64,000 nt of DNA from the human T2T-CHM13v2.0 reference genome, Homo sapiens, in NCBI RefSeq assembly GCF_009914755.1, contig NC_060926.1; one strand, written 5' to 3'. Positions 37,271 to 58,264 of this stretch are shown here, one piece after another (position 1 is the first letter of the stretch; each line of letters begins with the position of its first letter). Made by a program: the position numbers and the translations under genes. The notes under the pieces are model-generated. The model was not told the origin of the DNA, made no database searches, and saw only the letters and a list, made by a program, of their open reading frames with translations.

Positions 37271-37581
37271 TTTTTTTTTTTTGAGATGGAGTCTCGCTCT
37301 GTTGCCCAGGCTGGAGTGCAATGGCGCGATCTCGGCTCACTGCAACCTCTGCCTCCTGGGTTCAAGCTGATTCTCGTGCCTCAGCCTCCCGAGTAGCTGG
37401 GATTACGGGCACTCGCCACCACACTCAACTAATTTTTGTATTTTTAGTAGAGACGAGTTTTCACCATGTTGGCCAGCTGGTCTCAAACTCCTGACCTCAG
37501 GTGATCTGCCGACCTCAGGTGATCTGCCCACCTCAGCCTCCCAAAGTGCTGGGTTACAGGTATGAGCCACCGTGCCTGGCC
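37271..37581 (-). mobile_element. AluS with an 18-bp internal tandem duplication
   Basis: TSD TATTTAGAATTCTT (37257-37270, 37584-37597). Confidence 0.95.
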
Positions 37582-37874
37582 GATATTTAGAATTCTTAAT
37601 ACTACATCTCTGTTGCAATTGAAGTTCTTTTTTCAGCAAAAATACTTTTTTTTTAAACCACTAGGTTACCATATCTTTTTATGCATCTGATGAATAAAAT
37701 TGAATTCTTCCTGCTTTCTTGCTGAAATACAAAACCAATGTATAGGCTCTATTAATTAAACCTATTTTAAGAAAGCAAACCTTTCCTTCTGTGAAATATG
37801 AAATACGTATAATCTTTAATAGTGTAATTCAAAATTATTTAAAGTAAGACTTTAAATCAAGCAACGGTTCTCAC

Positions 37875-38046
37875 CTTGGCAGCTGCTGATGGAAGATCAA
37901 ATGGAATACGCTGTCTGACTTTAGGGGGTAGCTGGGTTAAAACTTCAGTCTTTAATCTTCTAATCATTATGTCACTTAATAGCTGGTGAAGTTCATTAAG
38001 ATTTGATGCCCCTCTACAATCCCACTGAGGTCTTTTACCAAAATAT
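37875..38046 (-). CDS. ZRANB3: ZRANB3 coding exon, 172 nt (probably exon 7), SNF2 helicase region
   Basis: Acceptor ttttaacag|A at 38047/38046, donor GCCAAG|gtgaga at 37875/37874. One nt plus 57 codons: YFGKRPQWDCRGASNLNELHQLLSDIMIRRLKTEVLTQLPPKVRQRIPFDLPSAAAK, including the SNF2 MIRRLK..VL..LPPK motif. Confidence 0.96.
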
Positions 38047-39144
38047 CTGTTAAAATGAAGACAAAACATGTAGCAAAATTGAATGCTGGAGTTAAGAAAA
38101 TAATTTATCCAATGTGCTCTTCCTTTTAATGATAAGGAGCCATGACACTGTTTTCATTGATATTTCTGAATGAATATTAGTTTCAAAAAGCTCAGCCTGA
38201 AAAACAGTAATGAATAAGATTTGACACTGCTTTAAACTAGAGAAGATGTTAGTGTCTAAGCATACTGTTTACACTGAGTTAATGCAAGGCTGTGATGAAC
38301 TGATGACTGTGAATTGCACTAGGTCACTGTTTGTAAATGGGGGTGTTATTGGCATTTTGAGTGGGCTCACACATGGTGGTGTTTTAGCAGATCTATCCAT
38401 AAAGTAGGCATGAACTGCCAGTGCATCAGCCAGTCATTATAATAACCAAAACCACCCAGAACATTTTCTGTGCCCTCTAGGAGGAGATATTATCTCCAAT
38501 AGGGCTGTTAAAGCATAGCAGATTGATTACATGGTGGTCTCTTCTTCCTTTGAAATACTTCTTCCTTTCTAACCCTTTCCTGGATTGACAGCAAAGGGAT
38601 AAAATAAAAGAACACAAAATTACTATGAAAGAGAGAATGAGAGGAGACATCAGAGAATAAGTGCTTTGAAGAAATATTTAGAAGGCATAATGCAGATAGA
38701 AAAGTGGTAACTGACTTGGCAAAAGAAAGGAAGCGATAACTTAAACTGCTTGCAAAAGACAAGTTATTCTCTAGACCTTTCAGAAAATTAGAAGCTCAAA
38801 GCACCAAGTACTGTGAACAAATGTTAACAGAAGGGTTGAAATCTAGTGGATCAATTGAACTTACACATTAGGACAACCGATCCAATAACATATCCCTATC
38901 AATGTGACAACCAAAATACCAGCCCATAAAATTCCCAATCATCTCCTAGGGGTCCATACTACCCACTACTGAAAACAGCTGTTAGAGAATAATTAACAAA
39001 TAAAAAATTCCTGTTAGGTTGGATTATGATTACTAATATTAATAATTTAAGTAACTATCATTTTACTGGATAAAAAATACTGGGTGTATTTTAGCACAAA
39101 TAGGTGTCAATTTGAGAAATGTGGAACTCGTTAACATTAGCTTT

Positions 39145-40447
<1,303 letters not shown>

Positions 40448-40724
40448 CCAAAACCCCAGCCTCATGTTTGGGGTGCAAAGGGGAAATAAGAGGGATTAGG
40501 GAGGACTAGAAGAGGTGCCACCTGTAAACCTTTAGTCTCTTTAAATTTGCTGAATTTGAAGAATTTGCCCAACATCTCATGGATGGTAATAGTGGTGCTG
40601 AGATTTGAACTTGGGCAGTCTGACTCCAAAGTCTTGCTTTACTAAAAGCCAACTTTTACCTAATAATATAAAAATTATATTAAATATATTTCTTGGGATT
40701 ATTTTCCTATGCTATTTACACACT

Positions 40725-40728
<4 letters not shown>

Positions 40729-40781
<53 letters not shown>
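40729..40781. repeat. (TG)n microsatellite
   Basis: About 26 perfect TG units. Confidence 0.97.
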
Positions 40782-40783
<2 letters not shown>

Positions 40784-41679
40784 TGGGGGCAGCTACACAA
40801 AAGCAGGAGATTCTGAGACTAGGAAACATTCCTAACTTTAGGTTTTGGCCTTTATTTTTCTTAATTCTCAATTCCTACATATATAAAATGGGAAGATCCA
40901 CTGTTTGGGGGATGGTTGAATAAACTGTGGGGCATGCCAACTATGGATTATTAAGCAACTATTCATAAGAATCACTTAGATCTTTATGTAAGGGGTAAGA
41001 TGAATGTTGAAGATATATGTTAAATGATAAATGCAAGTCTCAGAGTAATATGTTGGGTATGAAGGATTATGTAGTATGTGTGTAGATGTGTGTATATATG
41101 TATGTCTGTATAATAATGGAAACAGTTCCAGAAGAACACACATCAAGATATGATACATTGCTTAACTTCGGGGTCATAGTTAAAGAGACCGAAAAGTTTA
41201 CGTGAAAAACTGGGGTTTTGTTACCCCATTTTGTTTTCACTTTGTCTATCTGAAAGTTTACAATAAGCAAATAATGCTTTTGTAATTAAAATTCAATGAC
41301 GTAAAAAGAATCTTAAAAAAAAAATACCTTCAATAGCTCCCACTTCATAGCATTGGTCTCCAAAGTGTGGGGATGGGTAGACTCCAGAGGCGTTCAAGTC
41401 AACCCACTGAGGGGCAGAAGGAACTTCCTCTACATATTGTATTCTTATCTCAGCTTTCTAAATTAGCTTCTCTTTCATGTAAGTTTTAAAATATACATAA
41501 TGCTTAGAATAGTAACATGAATATAATTCATGCATTGGCAGTATGCTAAAAAACAATGCTTTAAAATGGGGTGTATACAGAGTTGAGAAGAGGGGCAAGT
41601 GCCTAGCAGGCATGGGCACAACTTGACTGACAGAATTGGCCAGTAAAGATACAATGAGCCCTTTTTAGAGTTAGACACT

Positions 41680-42470
41680 TTTGTTACTTAAACAGAATTA
41701 CGAATAAAAAGTGAAGTACAAATATGAGTCTATAATGAAAAAAACACAAGTTACACAAAACAAAAAATTTATAAATGCTTACAGATGTTCCTAAATCCAG
41801 AAAAATAACACTTTTTAATTAACCACTTATCACATCTATAATGTTTTTTCAACATTGTCCACTGCTTATGCTTTGACTGCCTCTTCAGGTGACAATAACT
41901 TTGTAATATTTGAGAAATAGGATACTTCAGTCTTTACTCAAGCATGGATGATCGAATTTTGTTGTTTATTAATGATAATTTTTTAAAGTTTATTTCAAGT
42001 TTATAACTTACTGTCATACTCTGTGTGTGTACATATATTTCTAATTATAATCAAATTTGAAAAAAATCTCTATCAAATTTCTGTCAAATATAAGCTATAA
42101 GAATTGAAAGAATTATTCGCAGATTATCCTCTGGCTCTCTACATTTCAACCTTGCTTCTCTTCCAGTACTCACATGTTCCCAGCATCTGGCACCATAAGA
42201 CACGTTCGCACTGCAATATGTCCACTCACCCATTACCAGGATTATTTCTGGAAGCCATTCCTATACTAGGTTGGCTAGCAATAACCTAACTAAATACATA
42301 AATATAACCCACTAAATCCAAACCAAACATACCGCTAATATAATTTCTTCTTAGCCTGATCCCAACAACACTTGGTGATAACTCCATCACAAAACACAAG
42401 GAAAAATATGAGAAGAGGAAGATGTGCTGAAAAGAGATCTTTTAATATATTGAAAGTGTCTACTTCTATA
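41680..42470. mobile_element. Possible Arthur1 (hAT-Tip100) DNA transposon remnant
   Basis: aaatccagaaaaataacactttttaattaac and tttgactgcctcttca resemble Arthur1 from memory only. Confidence 0.35.
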
Positions 42471-42552
42471 AATTTGACAGGGACATATGATCCTGTGAAA
42501 AGTGCCAAAACTCCCTCCTAGGGTCTTGAAATGGCCTAAAAAGTGAGTGATT

Positions 42553-42727
42553 CTTTTTTTTCCCCCCAAGAGATGGGTTCTCACTATGTTGCCCAGGCTA
42601 GAATACAGTGGCCATTCACAGGCACAACCATAGTGCACTGCAGCCTCGATCTCCTGGGCTCAAGTGATTATCCTGCTTCAGCGACCTGAGTAGCTGGGAC
42701 TACAGGCACATGCCACCAGGCCGAGCT
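42553..42727 (-). mobile_element. FAM Alu monomer
   Basis: gtggccattcacaggcacaaccatagtgcactgcagcctcg is FAM/7SL-like. Confidence 0.85.
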
Positions 42728-43309
42728 AAAAGTGAAAGATTCTGAAGATTAAGGTCCATAGTTGCATGGGAAGGAAAGAAAATTATCAAACAAATTTGTA
42801 AATGCATTATCAAAGAGGTAAAGTGCATAGAACAAAGAGAAAAGGTGTAAATGAATAAGAAAAATATGTTTAAGGACAAAGTATAAGCAGTATGCTTTGG
42901 GGGTAGGTTTAAAACAAAAGGATACTTAATTCCTAACAAACTAAAATTAGCAACAACCAAAAAATTGTAAATGCCCCTAAAGACATTTATGAAACATGAA
43001 CTTTCTTTTGAGCTTAGAATAATTATTTTCTCATTCAGTTTTACAGAGTAAGTAAAAATTCATTTATTCTTTTCTAAATTGAAAGAATAAACATACGCCT
43101 TTTAATCTCCTTTTGATCATATATAATTTAAAAAAGTCATTTCCCAGTAGCATTTAACATTAGCTTATGATGATGAAACAGGAAGTTTATGGCCAAGAAC
43201 ATATATGCTTATCTGTGTTCATGAACAAACACACATACACATGCAGAGTTAACTTTTGACTTTGGAAATCACCCTCTGGTTTTTTAAAGTTAGGTTCTCT
43301 TGTGCCTCT

Positions 43310-45720
<2,411 letters not shown>

Positions 45721-46270
45721 TAAGTTTAACAATGAAACAGTTTGACACATGATAGAATTGGGGGAAAATTTACAACACTCTGTTCTTATATCAAATAATA
45801 GTGCCTTGCAAATGTAACAGAATGTTTAGTTCTGGTTTATCATCCAAGAAGAATATTATAGACTAGACAAGATTTAGAAAGGGGACACAATCTAATTGTT
45901 AACATAACAGAGGGAGATAATGGAGTGTGGAAGTTAGAGGAGGATACATTGAAAAACTGAAATTATTCAGAGTGAAATGATGATGACAGATTACAAATAG
46001 AATTGACAAAGAACAGCCCAGATAAACAGAACACAAACTTGCTCCCTAAATACTGAACTATCAAAGTGCTCTGAAAGTGGAATAAAGGTATCATCATGAA
46101 AAGAGTAGAATGTAAATTACAAAGTAATTGGAGATCATCCCATCGGTCAAAAGAGGGACAATTTGATGATCAATAAGGATTATAAATAAAATTGATTCAA
46201 AAAAAACATGAGTTAAAAACTCTCAAATACTCAATAAACTAGAATTAGAAAGGGTCTTTCCTCACCTTGA

Positions 46271-46597
<327 letters not shown>

Positions 46598-46600
46598 TGA

Positions 46601-47472
46601 TTTTTTTTTATTATTATTATACTTTAAGTTCTAGGGTACATGTGCACAACGTGGAGGTTTGTTACATATGTATACATGTGCCATGTTGGTGTGCTGCACC
46701 CATTAACTCATCATTTAACATTAGGTATATCTCCTAATGCTATCCCTCCCCCCTCCCCTCACCCCACAACAGGCCCCGGTGTGTGATGTCCCCTTTCCTG
46801 TGTCCAAGTGTTCTCACTGTTCAATTCCCACCTATGAGTGAGAATATGCGATGTTTGGTTTTTTGTTCTTGTGATACTTTGCTGAGAATGATGGTTTCCA
46901 GCTTCATCCATGTCCCAACAAAGGACATGAACTCATCATTTTTTATGGCTGCACAGTATTCCATGGTGTACATGTGCCACATTTTCTTAATCCAGTCTAT
47001 CATTGTTGGACATTTGGGTTGGCTCCAGGTCTTTGCTATTGTGAATAGTGCCGCAATAAACATACGCGTGCATGTGTCTTTATAGCAGCATTATTTATAA
47101 TCCTTTGGGTATATACCCAGTAATGGGATGGCTGGGTCAAATGGTATTTCTAGTTCTAGATCCTTGAGGAATCGCCACACTGTCTTCCATAATGGTTGAA
47201 ACAGTTTACAGTCCCACCAACAGTGTAAAAGTGTTCCTATTTCTCCACATCCTCTCCAGCACCTGTTGTTTCCTGACTTTTTAATGATCGCCATTCTAAC
47301 TGGTGTGAGATGGTATCTCATTGTGGTTTTGATTTGCATTTCTCTGATGAGCAGTGATGATGAGCATTTTTTCATGTCTGTTGGCTGCATAAATGTCTTC
47401 TTTTGAGAAGTGTCTTTTCATATCCTTTGCCCACTTGTTGATGGGGTTGTTTTTTTCTTGTAAATTTGTTTA
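46601..47472 (-). mobile_element. 5'-truncated L1PA4/5-like fragment (about 870 bp)
   Basis: 3'UTR plus ORF2 C-terminus ([20 protein letters not shown]...SLIGGN*). No TSD visible. Confidence 0.92.
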
Positions 47473-47935
47473 AAATGTAATACTTATACCCTGAAAGCTA
47501 CACAACATTGTAGGATTTCTTTTTTAATTAAATAAATGGAAAGACATTACTGTTCATGAATTTGAAAACTTACTATTATAAAGATGCTAAACTCCCAAAG
47601 TTAATCTACAGATTCAATGCAATCTGTATCAAAATTCCAGCTGACTTCTTTGCTGAAGTTGACAAGCTGATACAGAAATTTACATAAAAATGCAAGTGAC
47701 ACAGAATAGCCAAAACAACCTTGAAAAAGAACAAAGTTGAAGGACTTAAACTTGCCAACTTTGAAAATAAAAAGCACTGGACACCACTGTAAGTTGCTAA
47801 CAAAACAACTTATTACATTGAAAATTAATAAATGAGAAGGAAAAAATTTATCCTGCCTTTCTTAAGCAAACTGAACCAGTGAATGTCCACATAATAAATT
47901 ATGATGAGGTTTTATTTTAAAGAGGCATGCCAACT

Positions 47936-48216
47936 ATTTTTTTTTTTGAGATGGAGTCTCCAGGCTGGAGTGCAGTGGCGTAATCTTGGCTCACTGCAAG
48001 CTCCGCCTCCCAGGTTCACGCCATTCTCCTGCCTCAGCCTGTAGCTGCGACTACAGGTGGCTGCCACCATGCCTGGCTAATTTTGTTTTTGTATTTTTAG
48101 TAGAGATGGGGTTTCACCATGTTAGCCAGGACGGTCTTGATCTCCTGACCTCATGATTCACCCACCTCAGCCTCCAAAAGTGCTGGGATTATGGGTGTAA
48201 GCCACCGCACCCGGCC
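47936..48216 (-). mobile_element. AluY with small deletions
   Basis: Y diagnostics; TSD aggca(t/g)gccaactatt. Confidence 0.93.
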
Positions 48217-49141
48217 ATGAGGCAGGCCAACTATTAAATGAAGAAAGTGTGTTAGAATATCACCATTCTGCAATGTCCAAAGGCTTAATAATGTACTGAA
48301 CATTCACAGCTGCTAACATCATAAAAAGAGAGGCTTTAGATATCTCCTAACAGAAGAAAACATCACTACAAAGGAGAATTGTCTCCAAATATTAGAAGTT
48401 TCTAGATCTAAATACGAACATGGAAATACAGAGGACAAAGGAACATGTTAAACAACACCATGAGGATGCAGGCAGCAGAATCTAGATTACAAAAACAATT
48501 TAGATTCTTCCACAATGGAAAAATAAATAAATAAAACAAGGAAATAAAAGAGAAACCCAAGACTTCAGTGACATCTATCATTTGCTGTATGTGAGCCTTA
48601 TTTGGGTACTGATCTATACAAACTACAGGGAAAAAACTAAAAAGAACCCCAAAAAACAGTAAAATTATGTATTCACAAAACAACTGGAAATTTCAACCTT
48701 TACTTCATTTTTTATAACATAAAAAGTGCATTTTAATTATGTAAAATTAAATATGTTTTATGTGTGTGTGCATGTTTGTGCTTTTCCATAGGTTACTGGG
48801 GTACAGGTGGTCTCTGGTTACATGAATAAGTTCTTTAGTGGTGATTTGTGAAATTTTGGCGCACCCATCACCCAACCATTTACTGCATTTTTAATGCAAT
48901 CAAGGGATTTAATGCAATTAATTTTAATTTTTAAGGTATAATAATGGTATTATAATTAATTACTTTTTAAATGGGGATTAAAATTTATAGTTTTTTTTAA
49001 ATTTTACTTTTAGTTCCGGGATACATGTGCAGAATGTGCAGGTTTGTTACATAGGTAAACGTGTGCCATGGTGGTTTGCTGCACCTATTAACCCATGACT
49101 TAGGTATTAAGTCCCGCATAATTATTTTTAAGAACAGTCCC

Positions 49142-49486
<345 letters not shown>

Positions 49487-50179
49487 TTATAGATAAAATA
49501 CAATCTCTAGGATTTCCTTCAAAATAATATGGAGTAGAAGAGGTAGATGGGAGCATAGCAAAAATAAAACTGGTCATGAGATAATCATTGTTGAAGCTGG
49601 GTAATGAGTACATGGGGGGTTCATTATACTATAGGATGTACTTTTGTATATGTTAATTTTTTCCATAATAAAATATTTAAAATATCAGGGAATAAACTAA
49701 GAAATAAAAGTCATGAAATCCAGGAATGTGAGGATCCAACAGAGCAGAATGGCCCAAGGAAATTCAGGGTGACAGCTTTCTGCCATGCCTAAAGAAAAAT
49801 TGGTTTAGATTGGAGCATAACAGAAGGCTGTGGGAGGAAAATCTCCAGGAAAACGAAAAAAGATTATTTTATGTGCTTATAAGACATGTTGGAAGTTGAC
49901 AGATTGGTTGGAGTCTTTCAGTGAAAAAGCAGCAATAGCTATATAGAAAACCAAACAGATGGGAAAAAAATGAATTATAAGGTAAACAAAAAGTTGACTA
50001 AGAAAGGAACAGTCAACTTCTTGATTTAGTAGAGAATAATATTAATTTATTTAGTCCATTAATTTAATATACTTAGTCAATAATATAAAACTGGACACTG
50101 AATTACCAAATAATTCAAATACTGGAAGGAGAACAGAAGAAAACGGGTGTCAAAGGGTGTTTATATTCTTGTTTTTTCA

Positions 50180-50350
50180 CTGTTTAGTTATGTGATTTGA
50201 CAAGTTACTTAACCGTTCCAAATACAGCTTAACCTTTCCAAATACAGCTTCCTCATCTATAAAATGGACATACTATCATCTGCCTTGTAGGATTGTTAAA
50301 GGAATTAAAGATAATACATCTAAAACACATGGCATAGTATCATATATAAA
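50180..50350 (+). mobile_element. MIR fragment
   Basis: tgtgatttgacaagttacttaacc...ttcctcatctataaaatgg; contains a 20-bp tandem duplication. Confidence 0.8.
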
Positions 50351-50562
50351 ATATAATCATATAGCCAATAAAAATTATGTATTTTAGTTACTGATATCAA
50401 AAAATGTCCTAAGATAGTATTGTGATAAAGACATATTACAGAAAAGTGTGTACAATATGATCTTATTTATATAAAATTGCTTATCAATTCATCCTTCTTT
50501 ATGTACTTAAGTAGAGAAGCTGTCTAGAGGGAAAGTTACGAAAGCACTTCAGTTGACTTTTA

Positions 50563-54387
<3,825 letters not shown>

Positions 54388-54754
54388 GACTTTTACTTTT
54401 TTAAGAAAATGTTTTTTTCTATGTGTGGTTTGTTAAAAATAAGTATGAATAACTTTCCAAAATGAAATAAACTATCTTTAAATCAATAAAAGTAAAGGAA
54501 ATGAAACAACTTATAAAGACAATGTTAATGCATGGGACAAGGCATTCCTAAGAGAAAATTAGCAGATGATAGCATTCATTACATGTAAGATAGATAAAAC
54601 TTTGTAAAAATAATTAGATCTATAGACAAGAGTAGAAATAAAAAATGAAAACAGTTTACTTATTAGTATAGTAGAATTATGGTATTTTTCCTTTCCATTT
54701 TTATTGTTATAGTGCTTAATACATAAGTACATATATTTTAAAACTTCTTACTCA

Positions 54755-55810
54755 TATTAAGCCAAAATCTACCTCCCTATTAAGTTCCACTGCTTGATAC
54801 TAGTTTTGCTCTCTGAGGCCACAAAGACAGAAGTCTAATTCTTTTAGAACATGACAGATCTTTAAATATTTAAAAACCTGCTCCCCTTAGGGCTTCTCGT
54901 TTTCAAATTCCTGTAGGCTTCATAAGATCAAGTACTATGTCTTATTCATCTTTGTATTGCCGGCAGCTCTGAAATAATGTCTTAAATATAGTAGGCAATC
55001 AATAACATTAGACATTTTTGAACTGAATATGAGATTCCTCTCATTATTCTGGTCACCCTTTTCCAGATATGTTTTCATTTGTTAAAATGCTTCTTAAAAC
55101 ATGGCTTCTAGTTCCCTCTTAGTTCCTCACACTCATTGTCTTCAATGACCCTCTAAAACCTACTCCAACTATCCCTATGGTTACAACCAGGTCCTAAGAA
55201 ACCGTTCTACCTGGTAAATTGAGACATTCTACTCTCTACTTACCCCATCCTTCGAAGGTGCTTGTTCATTCATACTCACTATGTCTTTACTATTGCATCA
55301 ATACATTTCAGTCAACTGACTCCTCTAATTTCCAAATCCATTATATTTTTTCTGTCTTCACATCTTTCCTCAGCCCTGTTGATTTCTGAGTTCATACATT
55401 ACCTTTGTTCTTATAAATATAGTTTAAGTTCCCTTGTCCCACAGTCCATGCATCATAAGCTGTTGAAAAAATCCAATCTTGAATGGATCCAACCTCAGGA
55501 TCAAAAAGGCCTGAAGCCTTTTCCATGCCTGTATCCAGGCTGCTGGGTGTGGCTGGAGAAATTGTACCTTAGAGAAAACTGGTTCCATTACAAATCTGCA
55601 GTTGCTGATCTCAAATGATTACTAGAGCTGTTAACAATCCTACCACACTAATCTCATTCTCATTTGGTAAAATTTCAAACCACATCAACTTTCATGAAAC
55701 CTTTAACCCTCTATTTTTCCATTTCTCTGAACCTATGATTGTCCTTCCCATTCCACAGAGAAAATATAAACTGTACAAGGCAAACTCTCAACTTCCTGCC
55801 ATCCCCGAAA
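54755..55810. mobile_element. Ancient L3/CR1 and L2 fragments
   Basis: ccaaaatctacctccc..ctctctgaggccaca..catgacagatctttaaatattt (L3-like); tagtaggcaatcaataa (L2 3' end); further L2-like sequence to about 55800. Confidence 0.55.
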
Positions 55811-57135
55811 GTACAGTATATTTCCAATGATACAATGACATGCAACCATAATGTATACCATTTATGTATATGAAAAAAAGACAAAAAGGGAAAGTACAAA
55901 ACAATGTTTATGCTTATATTACAATCTTTTTAAAACAATGAATTTGCCTGAATATGCACACAGTTTCTGAGGGAAGATTAAAAACTACATACAGTCGCCT
56001 ATAGGGAGAACTTAGGTAAAAGGGATTTTTCAATGTGTATACTCTTCCATAGGTTAGAATTTTGAACCATGTGAAATATCTTAGATAATAAATCAAATCT
56101 ATAAATCTAATGATGTTTGTTTCATGCTCTAAGTTTTACATTATAGGGACTAGGGGAGGCGGAAATGGGGTCAATTATTTAATGGGTACAGAGTTTCAAT
56201 CTGTAATGATGAAAAAGTTCTGATGATGAAAAGTGGTAATGGTTGCACAACAACAGAATGTACTGAAACACATTAGAATGTATTGAAAGTCACTGAATTG
56301 CACATTTAAAAATGTTTAAATGGTAAATTTTGTTGTACATATTTTACTGCAATTGAAAAACCTAAAACATATACAGGCAACTGTATCTACTGAACTGTAC
56401 ATTTAAAAATACTTAAATGGTAAATTTTGTTATGCATATTTTACTGCAATTAAAAAACTACAATACTGATAACTAAAAACCAAACTACCCTGCAATGTCT
56501 TCTTATTGCCATTATGATGAAGAACAAGACTCTGTATATTATCCCTACCTAACTCCGTCACTATCTTGAAACTCTCTTCTTTTAGTTCTAGAATATTCAA
56601 CTAGGTTAGTATTTGACTTGAAAACTCAGTGAAGGCTGGACTATGTGGGTCTTGTTCTCTAATGCATATCTGATGGCTACTACATGGCTTAGCATGTAAG
56701 AGGCATCCTAAAATACTTTCAGAATGAATGGATAAATTCAAAATTAAACTGTACTCTAAATGCAGTCTAATCAATGAATGGAGTAGAAGCACCCCTTACT
56801 CCAATTTAGCCTAAGGTTATTCAAAACCACAAATCTTTTAGAACTGAACTATTGATAAATAGGTGAGGGTTTCTCAAATCCCTTCCACACAAAGCTGACT
56901 TTCTAAGTCTCAATGCAGAATACATATTCTATTAATATTTATCTAATTATTTTTCAAACATATCTCTGCCATCCACTATATTAACTATTTCTCTCAGATT
57001 CGAACCATTTGCAAATGGAATAGACACAACCTCTATTCAGCCATGGGTGAGAACATTAAATGCAACAATGCTGAGGACAAAGGAGGGACAGTGCAATTCC
57101 ATGAGAGACATTTTTTTTTAATTTAATTTAATTTA

Positions 57136-57454
<319 letters not shown>

Positions 57455-57797
57455 TTAATTTAATTTTAAGTTCCAGGATACATATGCAGGATGTGCAGTT
57501 TGTTACACAGGTAAATGAGTGCCATGTGGTTTGCTGTACCTATCAACCCATCACCTAGGTATTAAGCCCCGTATGCATTAGCTATTTATCCTGATGCTCT
57601 CCCTTGAGACATTTCTTGAAGCTGACAATGACCCATTAATTAACAATCTTTAGGTATGTCTATAAATACTTTTAATTTGTATTATCATGCAGCATTTTTC
57701 CTCTCATAAAAATTTAGACAACGAATTCTCCTTAGAGGTGGAAATGGTACAAAATATCAATGACAAATAACATTTTAAAAATTGATGAATTATTGTC

Positions 57798-57850
57798 AAG
57801 ATATTCTAGACACTATTCTGGGTGACACAGAATAGTGTCTAGAATATCTT
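57798..57850. repeat. Perfect inverted repeat, 23-bp arms, 7-nt loop
   Basis: AAGATATTCTAGACACTATTCTG-ggtgaca-CAGAATAGTGTCTAGAATATCTT. Confidence 0.97.
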
Positions 57851-57892
57851 AACAGTAATTCAAACATAACATTACATTAACATAGTAATTCA

Positions 57893-58264
<372 letters not shown>

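Noticed and set aside
37857-38069. ORFs 37857-38069 and 35933-36118 as standalone genes
   Set aside because: They are ZRANB3 exons with intronic run-on; the splice sites define the real limits.
38470-38483. CTCF-like motif (reverse strand CTCCTAGAGGGCAC), possibly in a MER20-like remnant
   Set aside because: Mismatches at the conserved 5' positions; too weak to call without ChIP data.
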